A DNA stretch of 57,285 nt, counting the filler, from Catajapyx aquilonaris (taxonomy: Eukaryota), in the NCBI GenBank assembly GCA_000934665.2. It is 4 parts of 4 records of this genome, joined end to end, with 100 filler letters (N's around TTAATTAATTAA, not from the genome) between each part and the next. Parts side by side here need not be neighbours in the genome. Positions count along the whole stretch, not along the records: positions 14,299 to 28,517 come from JYFJ02007852.1; positions 28,618 to 42,801 come from JYFJ02007853.1; 2 more parts are not named here. The stretch is one strand, 5' to 3'. Positions within the stretch are counted from its first letter, which is position 1. Each line of letters opens with the position of its first letter. Under the pieces are notes generated by a model. The model saw only the letters and a list, made by a program, of their open reading frames with translations. It was not told where the DNA came from and ran no database searches. Both the position numbers and the translations under genes were made by a program. Below, piece by piece: positions 26,301-38,922 of the stretch.

Positions 26301-28517
26301 AACACAGTGGCAGTCATATGAACTTGTACTATTAAAGCCAATGGGAGCACATCGAGATTCTTTGAGTGCTGAGAATGATAATTGTTCAGTGTAGCCAGTG
26401 GGGTTCCTTTCAAGTCATAAAGCAGGGTGGGATTGATGGGGTGAAAATCCTGGTGGTTGACAGAGCCTGTGAAGACGTCACGGGCGGGCCTAGTGCCAAA
26501 ACATTCGGAAGGGGCTTTGGCTCGAGGAAAAGTCATTCCTGGAAAACTCGCTAACCCCAATTCCTTCATCGTCACGTGACGGATCATGACAGGCCACAGG
26601 GGAGAAGGCATGCGTCAAGTCACTTCAACAGCTATGAATCTTTCGCAGATGACTCTCCCTTCAACAATGGCCACGTTATGAGCGCACAAACAGCTCAGAG
26701 GAGGGAATTACTTACATGACTGAACCTAAAGGAATAGCCGCTTGATTGTTTTTCGATGCTTCAGGTCATTTTTCTTTTGCGACGCGACAGCAGTTCTTCA
26801 TTCACTCCTCATTTACTTTCGAGACCACAGTTTATTGACGTTACTTATTTGGTTACATAACTCAGAGACCATCATCGTGTGTTACACTCTTCCACTCGAC
26901 AGGTCTATATTTTGACGAAAAATGTTTCGTCTAATTAATTGTAGTTGATTCAACAGCCATTAAAAGGCTCCACAAAATGTGATGAGGATACGTGCGACAA
27001 ATACAAAGTTTGACGCTACTCAGTGTTGTCACTGGGCTGCCCTGATTATTGACAGTAGCTGTGGAAGCGGGGTCTGTTCACTTTCATTAGCGTTCATTAG
27101 CAACAGAAGAAGTTGGGTGCTAGATAGCTGGGGAGCGTGAGCACCATTTGATGCCGCAGTGAGAGCGTGACGGTGGGGGTGTAGCGCTTCAATTACCAAA
27201 TTGAATTAGGAACACGTAGAGACACATTATTAGGAAATAATGGAGAGGATCCCTCCCGAATATCCCTCACATCGTCCCTTTTCACCTAGGGATTGATGTT
27301 CATTCCATGATTCCACCACCTTTTTTTTCACCCTTCGAATCATTTGCTCATTCCAGCTACGGCGCATTCCGCTAATTGCGGCCTTTTGTCAACTTCTTTT
27401 CATAATTGTTCCCTTTTGTCGAGCTCCTCCCCGTCGCACATTGTCATCCAAACACTTACTCTTGCTCTATTCCCACGCTTAGTCCTGAAACAATAAGGCA
27501 TTGAGAACTCTACCGTGCTGCAGGCAACACCTGTTCAAAATCTGCAATGCTGTCGTTTCCAGCCTTCGGTGGGGTTCAGAATATCTCAATTGCTGTATTA
27601 AAGGCCGTTTAATTGCCACTTTTAGTCGACCAGTTTATTCAATTTCTTTGCATTTCAGCATTAATATCGCGGTGTGAATGCGGCTATAGCGCGATATACA
27701 ATAGACTTTAATAACACTGGGGGTGTCAACGACCGGTGCCTTTGCCCGCAGCAGCCATTTTTTTTTACAAAAAAAAGTGCGCAAAAGTTTATATCAGATA
27801 ATGTTGCCACCTCCTTTTGTTCATTAATAAAGCGGCGTGTATTTGCGAGCGAAGAAAGTGTCTTGAGAGTGAAAGTGGCCCATCAAGCGCAACGGCGGCA
27901 CCTCCTTAATGAAAATGAGATGGTGGCACGTGAGGCGACTAAGCGGCTTTATTATCCAACCAGATGGCGATTTACGCGCTTTTAATGAATTCTTGCTCCC
28001 CCCCCCCCCCCAACCCAGAAGCCTGTCACAACTTGCTCACCTTATGCCAGGAATTAAGAAGTTTCGGTTCTATCCATATAGAAAATTTCATATCAGATTT
28101 TATGCACTATTTATTAACACATTGTTAATTGGGAGTGATGGGCATAATTTAATAATATTGCACCATTCCGATATGGCATTATTTATATGGAATACCTTCA
28201 TATAGCCGATAAAGAATAATATAATTATGGCAATTAATTTCGAATAATATTATTGTATATGAATTATTTTCAACATTTTCTGGTTAAGTTGACGTTTACG
28301 AGTAATGTGTTTGGCTTTCAAGCATCCGTACCATCAGTTTTGCGGAGAGGAAATTGTGCGAATTGTGTTGGGAATACCGGAGCAGAATCCCCCCTTTATG
28401 GAATTCCCAACCGTGTCCATGCAGAAAATCTCCCTTTTGCAGGATAAAGTATCTTATCGCGTGCAAGGGTCAACTTGGGAACTGCAGCGGCACACAATTC
28501 TCCAAGAGAAATGTTTT

Positions 28518-28617
28518 NNNNNNNNNNNNNNNNNNNNNNNNNNNNNNNNNNNNNNNNNNNNTTAATTAATTAANNNNNNNNNNNNNNNNNNNNNNNNNNN
28601 NNNNNNNNNNNNNNNNN
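28518..28617. other. Artificial contig-joining spacer
   Basis: Same N44-TTAATTAATTAA-N44 structure. Confidence 0.97.
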
Positions 28618-29644
28618 CCCACCCAGCCCCCCTCTTGCGGGAGGGAGCCAATGGGAGGCCTGGATTTAGGTCCTATTCTGTACTGTTGAGCTTTTGTAAA
28701 TAGGCTTCCCGCGTTGTATCCAGCGTACTCCGGGTTGCGCAGTCATCTGCGTTCTTATTTGAATTCGACTTTAGTATATTGTATAAGGAATCACTTTTGT
28801 TATTTACTTCGACATAAGATTCGGGGATGCGGGAAATGCTTCCCATCTCATTTACACTCTTGGTCGTCAGGTGTCTATCAGAAAACAGAATTACAAGAAA
28901 CACAAATACATATTTTGAAACAGGTTATTCTCACCTTCAATAGCCTAATCAAAGAAGATCCTAACACACACACCCCCCCCCCNAAGTAACCTGCGACCCC
29001 CTCCCCACCCCCCCCCCGAGTGTTAGTAGGTGTTGAAAAAAGGTGGAATGTCTTATTTATAATCTATTTGATTTCTTGTTTTCTTGTTTTCTTCCTTTCT
29101 TTCTTTTCTTTCTTTTCTTGTTTGATTTCTTGTCCATAATTGATATTTTTTGACACCAAAACAACAAGGAACATTGTAAGTGTGATAGTGACAGTTATTT
29201 TTAAGTTTTGAACACCTTTCGTATCTGGATATAAAGATTATAGAGTTATGTGCTTTAAAATATCCAAGCTTCTCTAGCTCAAAGTTTTTTTCCCGGACCC
29301 AGCATGGAGATTCGACTTATAGAGGTTGTACTGATAAGGTAAGCACATGTCAGTTTCCATAGAAAACTGTACACTACCGGTAGTTAAAATGTTGCGAGAG
29401 AATGACCATGTCTGGGTTTTTTAGCCCCAGAACATCAGCTGCCGCGGACTTTACGGAGTTAAGGACTTGAATGATTCAAAGGCGGAGAAACGAACAAATG
29501 TTTTTCATAATATTACATTATAAAGGCTCGATTTTAAAAATTATATAACTTATCATTGTAAGGCGATAATTTGTCTGATAATAAAAGAGTTTGTGGGGTT
29601 ACTTTGATATATTTTCTGTTTCCCATGTTTAACCTTAAGTGAGG

Positions 29645-30146
29645 GGGCGCATGAGTAAAAATACGGTAGGCGCATTTTTGAGGGAATTATATATTTTGTG
29701 GCAAAACGGACCGTTAATCGGAAAAATCACGACGAAGGTGCCCTGCGCAAAGGTTTGGGCTTTACTATGGTACCATTCTCGATATGATTGCATTAAAATT
29801 GTGGACATACGGGCGCAGAAGCGTGACCGACTTTGTCGCGTTCCTGCCGCCATGTTATTCAAATGGGCTTTTCGGGAATGCCATTTTTCTTTCACTTCAA
29901 CTCGATGAAAAGGTCACTTCTAGGCCGAAAATGGTAAAATGACGACGAAGGTGCCCTGCGCCAGATCATGTCCTATTTTTTGGTGTAATTGTTGTGTCCA
30001 TTGCTCCATTTTTGCGGCCGTACGGCCGCAGAAGCGTAGACATGTCGAATCCTCATATGCTGTCCATGCATACGCGAGTTTGTTTACGTGCTCGCCAAGG
30101 GCTCGCATTGTTACCGATTATTACCGTATTTTTTACTAATGCGCCC
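29645..30146. mobile_element. MITE with internal direct repeat, nested in a pogo-like element (~29580-30375)
   Basis: TIR gggcgcatgagtaaaaatacggta / taccgtattttttactaatgcgccc; internal repeat acgacgaaggtgccctgcgc twice. The host family recurs at ~36010-36480 and ~31840-31885. Confidence 0.7.
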
Positions 30147-31125
30147 ATTAAGGAAATGTCACAAAGTCAAACGTCATTGCTGGGTGACTTTGTGACAAAT
30201 GTAAATGTGAATATTTTTGTAACGGATCAAGTTATCTATGATCTGCACACGGATATGTAGAGGAAGGATGCGGGTACAAAACTCAATAAGACATTTGTTG
30301 GGAAAACATTCATCCATTCCTGCTGATACGGAAAACTTCAAAAACTGTCACAAAGTCACCCGCACTTAAGTGGTATCGATTTTTGGTGCAATCTGCTTAT
30401 TTTAAGCAGCTAAATTTTGAAGCCTTATTTGAGGGGATCTGAAAAATTTGCCATGACCTGTGCTGACTATTCTAGTTCCGCTATAGTTCAGTAGGATTGA
30501 TTTGAGCCCATTCCCATTATTGGAGGAGTAGCACCCTGCACTGCCTTTACAGTTAGAAACACTGAACATAATATGGTTGGTAAATGATGAGTAATTTGGA
30601 GCAGATGCGGCGTGGAGAAGTCAGATTGGTCACAGGCGGCTCCTCAAAAAGCCAGTTTCTGTTTCCTACCACACAGCACTCGCTGGGGTTGTTTTTATGA
30701 CTTGCCTCAAATAAAAGTTCCCTTTGCGCATTCTTGTTTTGTTCGTTTATCAGGGTTGGATCCACAGCAGTTTTCGGTGGCCCTGAATCAGCAGCATTCC
30801 TTCCTTCCTTCTTTCCTTCCTTCCTTCCTTAGACTCTCCTTTGCGGAGGACAAGTCGGCTACCCTTCCTCGCCCTCCCTTCCCCTGCTGGTGGCAGAAAA
30901 ATTTGTCGGTCTCCTCAGAACAAAAGTTGTCTCTGACAGTCGTCTCATCGGCCAGATCTCCCGGCATGGATATCCCACACCACATGCTTTTCTTCACCAT
31001 CCTAGGCTTCTTTGCCATCGTCCTTTTCTCTCACTTTCGCTCTTCCTCTCCTCATGGCATGCATCAGTCCCCTCCATTCACATTCTGCTTTGCACCAAAA
31101 TCTATACGTATATTGTTGTCGCGGC

Positions 31126-31181
31126 TATTATCATCATCATCATCATCATCATCATCATTATTATTATTATTATTATTATTA

Positions 31182-31221
<40 letters not shown>
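31126..31221. repeat. Compound microsatellite (CAT)n(TAT)n
   Basis: Directly visible. Confidence 0.95.
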
Positions 31222-31224
<3 letters not shown>

Positions 31225-32296
31225 CTCTCAGGTTTGTTCAGCATGCTCGTATAACGACTAGCCAATAATATCGAATATCCTCGTTCCAATGTAATTACCA
31301 GTTTATTTGTTAGCGTTACTTATTAGCATACTATTGCCTCTTATACTTGAGCTGTAACTCGGACACTGCTCATGGAGTGACAAAATACCAGTAATCAGCA
31401 ATCTGATTCCAATCGTCTTCGTGTGGAATCATATTATCCGTAATGGTTAGAGATTTTTTGCAATAGGTTTCTTTATGTTAAGCCATTACATTCGAACCCC
31501 TACTGGCACAATAAGTGGGGCGTGTGACAAATAAGCTTTTCTAATCTCGCGCCACAATAATTATATTAACCACTTGACTGAAACTGGCCCCAGTAGATGG
31601 CTGCGTATGTGGTACCACCTAGAGACCTAGAGACCAGCTTGGAAAACTCCTGTACCTCGTGCATTGTTGGCGGTCACATTCCAAGTTTGCAAACGGCGAG
31701 AATTTATTGTTGGCTCTATATTCGACTACTTTCCCTAATAACGACCGGCACTGGTACTATGAGAATAAAATATGTCATTTTAAAAATATATAAACGCATT
31801 GATTAAGAAATGATAAAGATGATGCAGATAATATTATGGAAAGCCTCAAAAACTGTCACAAAATCACCCCCACTTACGGGGTACTTTTCTAGGTTATCAA
31901 ACATACCGTATACCATGCTAATATCATGCCGAATCCCCATTCCACATGGTATTAGCAGAGTATACTGTCGTTTCTGCTCTGAAAAATGAGTCCAACCTTT
32001 GACTTAGGTACCAGTGGGTCGAATGGAATGAAAAGAAATGTCTCGATAGGACATTCACAGCAACCGAAGGCCTGAATGATGCTTCCATTCAACCCAATAT
32101 TAAGAGCCAATAATATTTTAATCGCCTCCAAAAGCACCTCTTACAAGGTACTACAATGTACTTATTCAGCTGTTTCGCGGGGGGGNGGGGAATCGATAAC
32201 CACTACGGACCTTTCAATATATTGGAACACACAGCACACGCACGCAATCTTCTATTAGTCGATGTTTTTTCAGGTCCCATGGAGATTCCACTTATA

Positions 32297-32600
32297 CATG
32301 GTGTCTCATCTTTTTTGTCCGAACAGGTATCGGAAAATTGCGTGCTACTTTGTAAGCAGTGACTTGCAACCGGTGATTTGTCGGAGGAATGGGGAATGGG
32401 TAAAAATAGGGTCACACATCCCATGGCATGCGTGACCCTCAATTTTCAGCGGGCAGCACGTATGCCGCTTCAACCTACGATTCGCAGGGAATATTCTCCG
32501 TTCCTCCGAAAAGTCACCGTTTGCAAGTCACTGCTTTAAAAGTAGCAGCTACGCTCAATTTTCCGATGACTGTTCGGACAAAAAAAGATGAGACACCCTG
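32297..32600. mobile_element. Tc1/mariner-type fold-back MITE, TA TSD
   Basis: ~100-bp arms ca.ggtgtctcatcttttttgtccgaacag / ctgttcggacaaaaaaagatgagacaccctg. Sits inside the terminus of a Tigger-like family also seen at ~29160-29332 and ~32969-33527. Confidence 0.85.
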
Positions 32601-33526
32601 TATAAGTTTTACCGTACTGTGTAACATACAGATTGCCGGTTTAGAGCACATAATTATGCAACAATAGGAGGCCCAAATAGAGCAAGGGCCCAGCGGCAGC
32701 TGGAAAAAATTGTAGAGAATAGTAATTTTAATTTCAAATTAAAAATAATTTTAGCTACACATGAAGCAGCAGCTTTTCTGTGACCGGATGGGTCGTGCCA
32801 TCATAAGACGTAATTTTGCACTTTGGAGTTGGGCTCTTGTTCTGTTGACAGAAACAAGAGAGTATATTACATGGACGTCCCAACCCACTGCATTACATAC
32901 TAGTAGTTATGCGTTATGCCAGTGCCCCGCTTCTCAACTCTAACCCACAGGAGTGGCCCGTGGAAATACAGTAAAACTTCTATAAGTTGAACTTCCCTAA
33001 GTCGAAGAAAATGACGAGCTTGGTTGCTCCCAATGTAAAAGAATAGGAAATAAACTTCCCTAACTCGAATTTCTATAACTCGAAGTTCTCCATAACTCGA
33101 AGTGCAGGCAGGGCCTTACGATGGGATATCAATGCATTTTCAGTCTCCCTAAGTCCAAGTTCATGTTGGCGAGTACGGAAAATATTTTCTCATTTCCCAG
33201 CCAAAGGGTCGAGAGTATTAGGTCACATGTACTAAGGTCTGACATGTACAGAAAGGCTCTTTCCTGGTCTCTGTCTACCAGACGCACTGAAAGAAGTGTT
33301 TGACGATTGTGACAATTGAATCCTTGAATTTAAGAGTAGGCAAAATGTCCACAATGGAGATTTTTTTACAACAAAACAATGAGGAACATTGTAAGTGTGA
33401 TAGTGGAGTATTGAACACCTGGATATAAAGGCAGGCTTCCTTACAGAGTTATGTGCTTTTAAAAAATCCAAGCTTCTCTAACACGAATCTTTTATTACTC
33501 GAAGTTTTTTTTCCGGTCCCATGGAG

Positions 33527-33998
33527 ATGTGACCAGACGTCCTGTTTTTTAGGCCCCTGTCCTGCTGTCCCCACAGTTTGTCTGGGGACGCTCAAATGTT
33601 CCGCTTTTGGAGGTTAGACGTCCTGACAGTCCTGTTTTTTCCGTACTTGGAGGTTCAAGCGATAGAATGTGCCACTGTATAGTGTATTCCAAAAGCAAAA
33701 GAGGAACGCAATCGACATGCGTGATGCGACATGTGAGCCTCTCGTCCTACATTACTTTCGGAGCCTGTTGCACTCGTTTATTTCATTGATTTACTTTATA
33801 GAATAATGCCATATGGAAAATGAACAAAATTAATATGTCACATAATTCATAAAGATAAACTATGTCTATGAACATAAAGTCATAAAGTGATAAACCCAAG
33901 AGCTTTTGGTGAAGGGAGGGTGCGGGAAGGGGGGTGCGGGAAGGGGGGGTGCGGGAAGGGGGTGTCCTGTTTTCTGGATTTCAAAATACGGTCACCTT
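33527..33998. mobile_element. hAT (Blackjack-like) MITE
   Basis: Ends gtgaccagacgtcctgtttt ... tgtcctgttttctggatttcaaaatacggtcacct with repeated gtcctgtttt subterminal motifs. Confidence 0.55.
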
Positions 33999-34075
33999 AT
34001 ATCCACAATTCCACATTTCGATGCAGCCGAGATTGCAGCGGTAAAAGTTATTACATGTATACATCACAACATAAA

Positions 34076-34267
34076 GGTGCGCTTACATGTGAGCGATTTG
34101 ATCGCGCGATGTCATCGCCGGCGATACCAACGCTGAGTAACCCGAGTAACCAGTATTGTTTGCGTCGAAAATCTATTGTTACTTTCACCTCAAACAATAT
34201 TGGTTACGTCATTCGGCGATGACTTCGCTCCGCTTCGCTTGTCAAATCGCTCGCATGTAAACGCCGC
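34076..34267. mobile_element. Harbinger-like MITE
   Basis: TIR ggtgcgcttacatgtgagcgatttga / tcaaatcgctcgcatgtaaacgccgc. Confidence 0.7.
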
Positions 34268-34439
34268 AAGCGAACTTAGAAAACAATTATTATTATTATT
34301 CCTGTTTCCAGAGGAAACTATGACGTAGTCCCTAACAGCACTATTTCTCGTTGTATACGGTGTAGTAATCAAAATACAAAAGATGCACACGGTGGCTACT
34401 AAAGAGGCCCCAGGAAGAAGGGGTTAGATGCACCAACAT

Positions 34440-34680
34440 TCCCCAGGACCTTGTCAACATGTGGAGAGAATCACCTTATCAGCAAGTGCGGGCGGCAGCA
34501 GCAGATCACGCTGAATTGTAGGGACTCGGTCTTGGTGAGCAATAATACTGTACCAGTTGGACCTTTTTTTTCTGATTGTGTGGTGCCAAGAAGCACGTGC
34601 CCAACAGACCGGTCGCAGGTGTCCTTGTAATAAGAGAGTCCCCTGTCCTGCAGTAATCATCAAGTATGGTAGACTGTGTG
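34440..34680 (-). pseudogene. Possible CR1/L2-type LINE ORF1 esterase (GDSL) relic
   Basis: Minus strand reads TGDSLI...YCSP...VIL.HVD across frameshifts (cf. GDSxxR...CxPGA...VILHVGTND). Confidence 0.3.
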
Positions 34681-36104
34681 ACATTCCCCTGACAAGGGCA
34701 GTAACAGGCCAGGTTGCGCAACACTTGCTGATCTGATACGAGGATTTTTGCCCCGAGAAGAAGCAGCAGAATAGGCTGAATAGGTTGCACATTCCCCGGT
34801 GATGGGGTGGAGTGGGGGGAGGAGAAGAAGAAGAAAAAGGGTCGAGCTGGAAACCTGTTGCGCCTTCACGATCATCGGCGTGGACTCAGGAGGGGCGGGT
34901 ACGGCACGGGATGAAATAAATCTCTTCTCCCGTCTGTTTTTCTCGACTACGGCTCACTTGGGGCGTCCCCCGCAAAGTGCTGCTCGCATCCACACAAAAC
35001 TAAATAACAACGTCCACTCTCTTGGAGGGAGGGGGGGGATGGAGGGAGGGAGGGAGGGAGGGAGGGAGGGATAATCCTACTCAAGCTGCATTATGGATAG
35101 CCCTGGGCCCTGACAATGCTACACTACTCAGCCTTTCCTAGCAACGCAGCAGCGTCTCTGGCCTACATCAGGACTCCTGCTCTACTAATAGGCCCCAGCT
35201 CCCGACACGTCATTTGACAAACTATATTTTTAGATGGATGCTCATTCTTCTCTCAATCTCTCTTTCGGCCCTGCATTCGACTTGTTCGTTATATTTTCGT
35301 ATCTATACGCCTTCTTCCAAGGCAGCCAGCCTCTGCCCCTTTCGCTCAAAAATTCTTCCTGTTCCTCTGCTTTATTTTAAGAGGTTACTCGCAAAGTGTT
35401 ATTCTTAGCAGTTATCACGTGTGGGCTGTTATAGGCCGAATTGAATCATCCATTCGAGCTTTCAACTACAAAAGTTACTCCGATTAGGAATGGCTCCTTG
35501 GTAACAGGCCAGGTTGCGCAACACTTGCTGATCTGATATCGGAATGTCCGTAAGTCGGACTGGAAGGGATACCTGCGTAAACAACTTGATTCCCCAATAA
35601 TACATTTATTTATTATGTAGTATTTATGTTGAACTTGGTGTCGGTCAACGTACGCAGAAGTGATTGAAAATCTCGGATGCGCGGGAAAAAGAGCGCAAGT
35701 CAAAAAAGTTAATTAGTCTGGAGAGCAGATTATCTTAAATACTGGACTTCTTGTAAACATGACATACCCTTGCTCGCACATTTTTCTTCCTCGCCTGGTT
35801 TTAGGGCTTGACATGCAGCCTCTGGCATGTGACCATAACTGACATAACAGGACACATTACTCAATTTGCACATTTTCTGACTTAATCAATTATGCTCTTT
35901 TTCCCGCGCATCCGAGAAATTATCATACTGGGGAACCTTGGGAGCCCGTTCGTAAGTACGGATGGCCGTAAGTCGACCCGTATATCATTGTAAAGACGAA
36001 AATATGTGTAAAATAAAAAGTTTGTGGGGTTACTTTTGTTATATTTTCTGTTTCTCATGTTGAATCTTACGGAAATGACCACTGTCACAAATGTAAATGC
36101 GAAT

Positions 36105-36339
36105 GAGGCGTCGGCGGGGAAAAAAACCATAAGTCCAAAATATTCATTTTCGGGATAAAATAACAGCTGGACAGCTACAGGAACATACAATTGTCAACCG
36201 GAAAAACCCCATACAACGCCTAAAAAATAAATGCTGAAAATAGAGGGTTTCCGTAAAATCCCCTTATGTCCAAGCAGTTTTTGGCGTTTTTCTCAAAACT
36301 GCCTCGATGTGACTAAGGGGTTTTTCCCGCCGACGCCTC
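36105..36339. mobile_element. MITE with GAG...CTC ends (Sola-like), nested in a pogo-like repeat
   Basis: TIR gaggcgtcggcggg.aaaaaa.cc.taagtc / gactaaggggtttttcccgccgacgcctc; absent from the homologous copy at ~30200. Confidence 0.75.
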
Positions 36340-37525
36340 TTTCGTAACGGATAAAGTTATCGATGTGATCTGCACACGGATATGTAGAGGAAGGATGAGG
36401 GTACAATAATCAGCAAACAACTCATGGAAAAACATAACACAGATTCTGCTGATACAAGAAAACCTCAAAAACTGTCACACACACCCACCCACACCCACAC
36501 ACAAGCAGGTAAGTAAGCAGAATTTCTATAATCAGCGCACATGCCTTGTTGAACCACCCTGTACATCATTAGCGCCAGTAGTCGCATAGTAAATATGAGA
36601 TTCTGTGCGTGCCTGAACATAAAAATCGCCAAAAGAGTGGCCACGAAATAGTCGAGTTGCAAGGTTCTATACGTAGCGTAATGTGGCAATGGTAAAAATT
36701 ATGCCATGAGAATATTCCAAGTTGTTCCATTTACAACTTGGTAAATGGAACAACTTGGAATGCCAGACCTATTTTTCTTCTATCCCAGGCAAAAAATGCA
36801 GATGTTTGATCATGAGTAGCTCCAACTATTTCACTGAAATTTTGGTGATGTTTCTGCTTCAGCACGAACATGCAGGAGCGGACGTTAACATAATATTCAT
36901 GTATTCATAATATGTAGCCATGAATAACTGGTTTTCCAGTTAACTCGTTGGACTTGTTGGAACGTCTTCATCTTTTTGACTGCGATAGTACCTACTTATT
37001 GCAAAGACGCACTCAATTTACTGTATTGTGATTAGTACTGTAACCGGTTCCCGACAACTGAGTGTCACGAATGCCGAAATATTGAAATACGGCTTCATGG
37101 AGTAATAATTTTTTTAAACATGAGATATACAGTGTATGAAAAACCGAGGGAAGTGGGAAGGAGTGGGTGGATGGGTTGGGGGTGTGCTTGGGATAGAAAT
37201 TGTGGAGTAAATAATTTCGTGAAATTCCTACATGTGGTAAAAGGGTTCCACCATTACAAAAAGTGCTTCACAGTGTAATCTACTCTAACAACTGCATTCC
37301 GCTTTATCACGGTGGTAAAATAATAAAACGAAGCTGTAAAAAAAGGATTATAGGAAACAACTTGCATACTGTGACTGCATGGTTGGCTGTAAAGCATTGT
37401 TCTAGAAACCAAACTCCCTTTTAAGAACTATTTTAATAGGAACTGCTACTAATATCCGTGATTCCGGCTAATAATAATTCTTAATGATTGTTGTTAAAAG
37501 TCCCATCAATATAATTATTTACCTA

Positions 37526-37738
37526 CACTGTAAACCACAAAACATTAAAAGAGCATCCCTGGTGAGTCTCTCATGGAACATCAAATTCTAATTCTCATCT
37601 AATGCTCTGCTAATGCTCTTGTGATACTTTTAGCAACAAAAAAGCATCACAGGAGCATCACAAGAGCATTAGAAGAGCACTTAAAAATTGATGTTCCATG
37701 AGAGACTCACCAGTGACGCTGTTTTAATGTTTTGCGGC
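37526..37738. mobile_element. Hairpin MITE
   Basis: Arms caaaacattaaaa.agc.tc.ctggtgagtctctcatggaacatcaa / ttgatgttccatgagagactcaccag..gctgttttaatgttttg. Confidence 0.75.
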
Positions 37739-38013
37739 TATTTCCCGTATCATTTGATGATTTGAAATGCAGAACAATCAGTAGTGGGGTGATTCAGAGC
37801 TATGGGGGTCTGAAGTTGGAAGACTGTATTGTCCCTTATGGGGCAATCTATTATTTTCAAACTTTTCTCTACACGGAATTGTAATAATTGTTGTAGCCTA
37901 TACTGTGTATAAGAAAATAATAAATAATAATTCATACCCCGTTATCAGCCATCGGCTCTTTATGGGGGAAGTTTGTTTTGCCTGGAACTCGTTGCTTTTC
38001 ATTTTACTTTGCT

Positions 38014-38204
38014 CTTTGGGATAGGATAGGGACGGAAGGAAGCGGCTGTGACCTATTAATTACGGAAGCAACTCCGGAATTTTCCTGGAAGGACCGTGGG
38101 AAACCACAGAAAACCACGGTCAGAGTTGCCTGTCCCGGGATTTGATCCCAGGACCTCCCGATTAGCAGTCGGACACCATATCCCCTCCTCCAAACTGCTT
38201 CGGT
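38014..38204 (-). mobile_element. tRNA-derived SINE (family A)
   Basis: Minus strand has B-box-like ggatcaaatccc followed by ctgaccgtggttttctgtggtttccc...ccgcttccttcc. The 5' ~120 nt recur at 56735-56855. Confidence 0.75.
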
Positions 38205-38272
38205 CAGAAAATAATAAATATTTGCCTACCAGTCGATGACCACATGACTTAGTGCCAAATATGACTCGGAGT

Positions 38273-38922
38273 GAGACGCCCAGTATCAGAAGTTGCTAAG
38301 TCACTGTTTCTAAATTTTACAGGAGAGCCAATCAACATTTTCAAAAGTTTTGAAATACCAAAATATCAAAAAAAGCATGAAATTTTTTTCTTTGGTTGGT
38401 TTGGAGGTGTATGATATTGTGTTGCAATATTTTTCTCGTGTACATTACACAGTACGCGTAGAGATTTTTTAAAATCACCACTTAACAACTTTTCACCCGA
38501 AATGAATGAAAAGTTGTTAAGTCACTCGACTAGGTTTGAATATTTCACTATACAATAGTAACATATTATCAACAGAGACACGTCATATGGCTTTTATTTA
38601 CATCACATCATATCATTTTATCTTTACTACATCATTTTCCACACGTAACCTCAACTAATTCCCAAAGTAACATAACTTAACAACTTCTGACGCAGAAAGA
38701 GCGACTAACAACTTCTGACCCCAAAAGGCCGACTTAGCAGTTTCTGTTACAGAAATGGAACATCGTTCAATTCGACCGGTCAATCATTTTCTCGACTTAC
38801 CGTTGTCTGATCGAGAAATAATTTTGAACCATTACAGTACTGGCCTTCAGGATGCAAACCATGGGCTTAACTCGATTTTTCAAAAAAAACGTGACTTAAC
38901 ATCTTCTGGTTCTGGGTGCCTC
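38273..38922. mobile_element. Non-autonomous element with GAG...CTC TIRs (Sola-like)
   Basis: gagacgcccagtatcagaagttgctaagtcac / gtgacttaacatcttctggttctgggtgcctc, with several internal acttaacaacttctga motifs. Confidence 0.7.
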
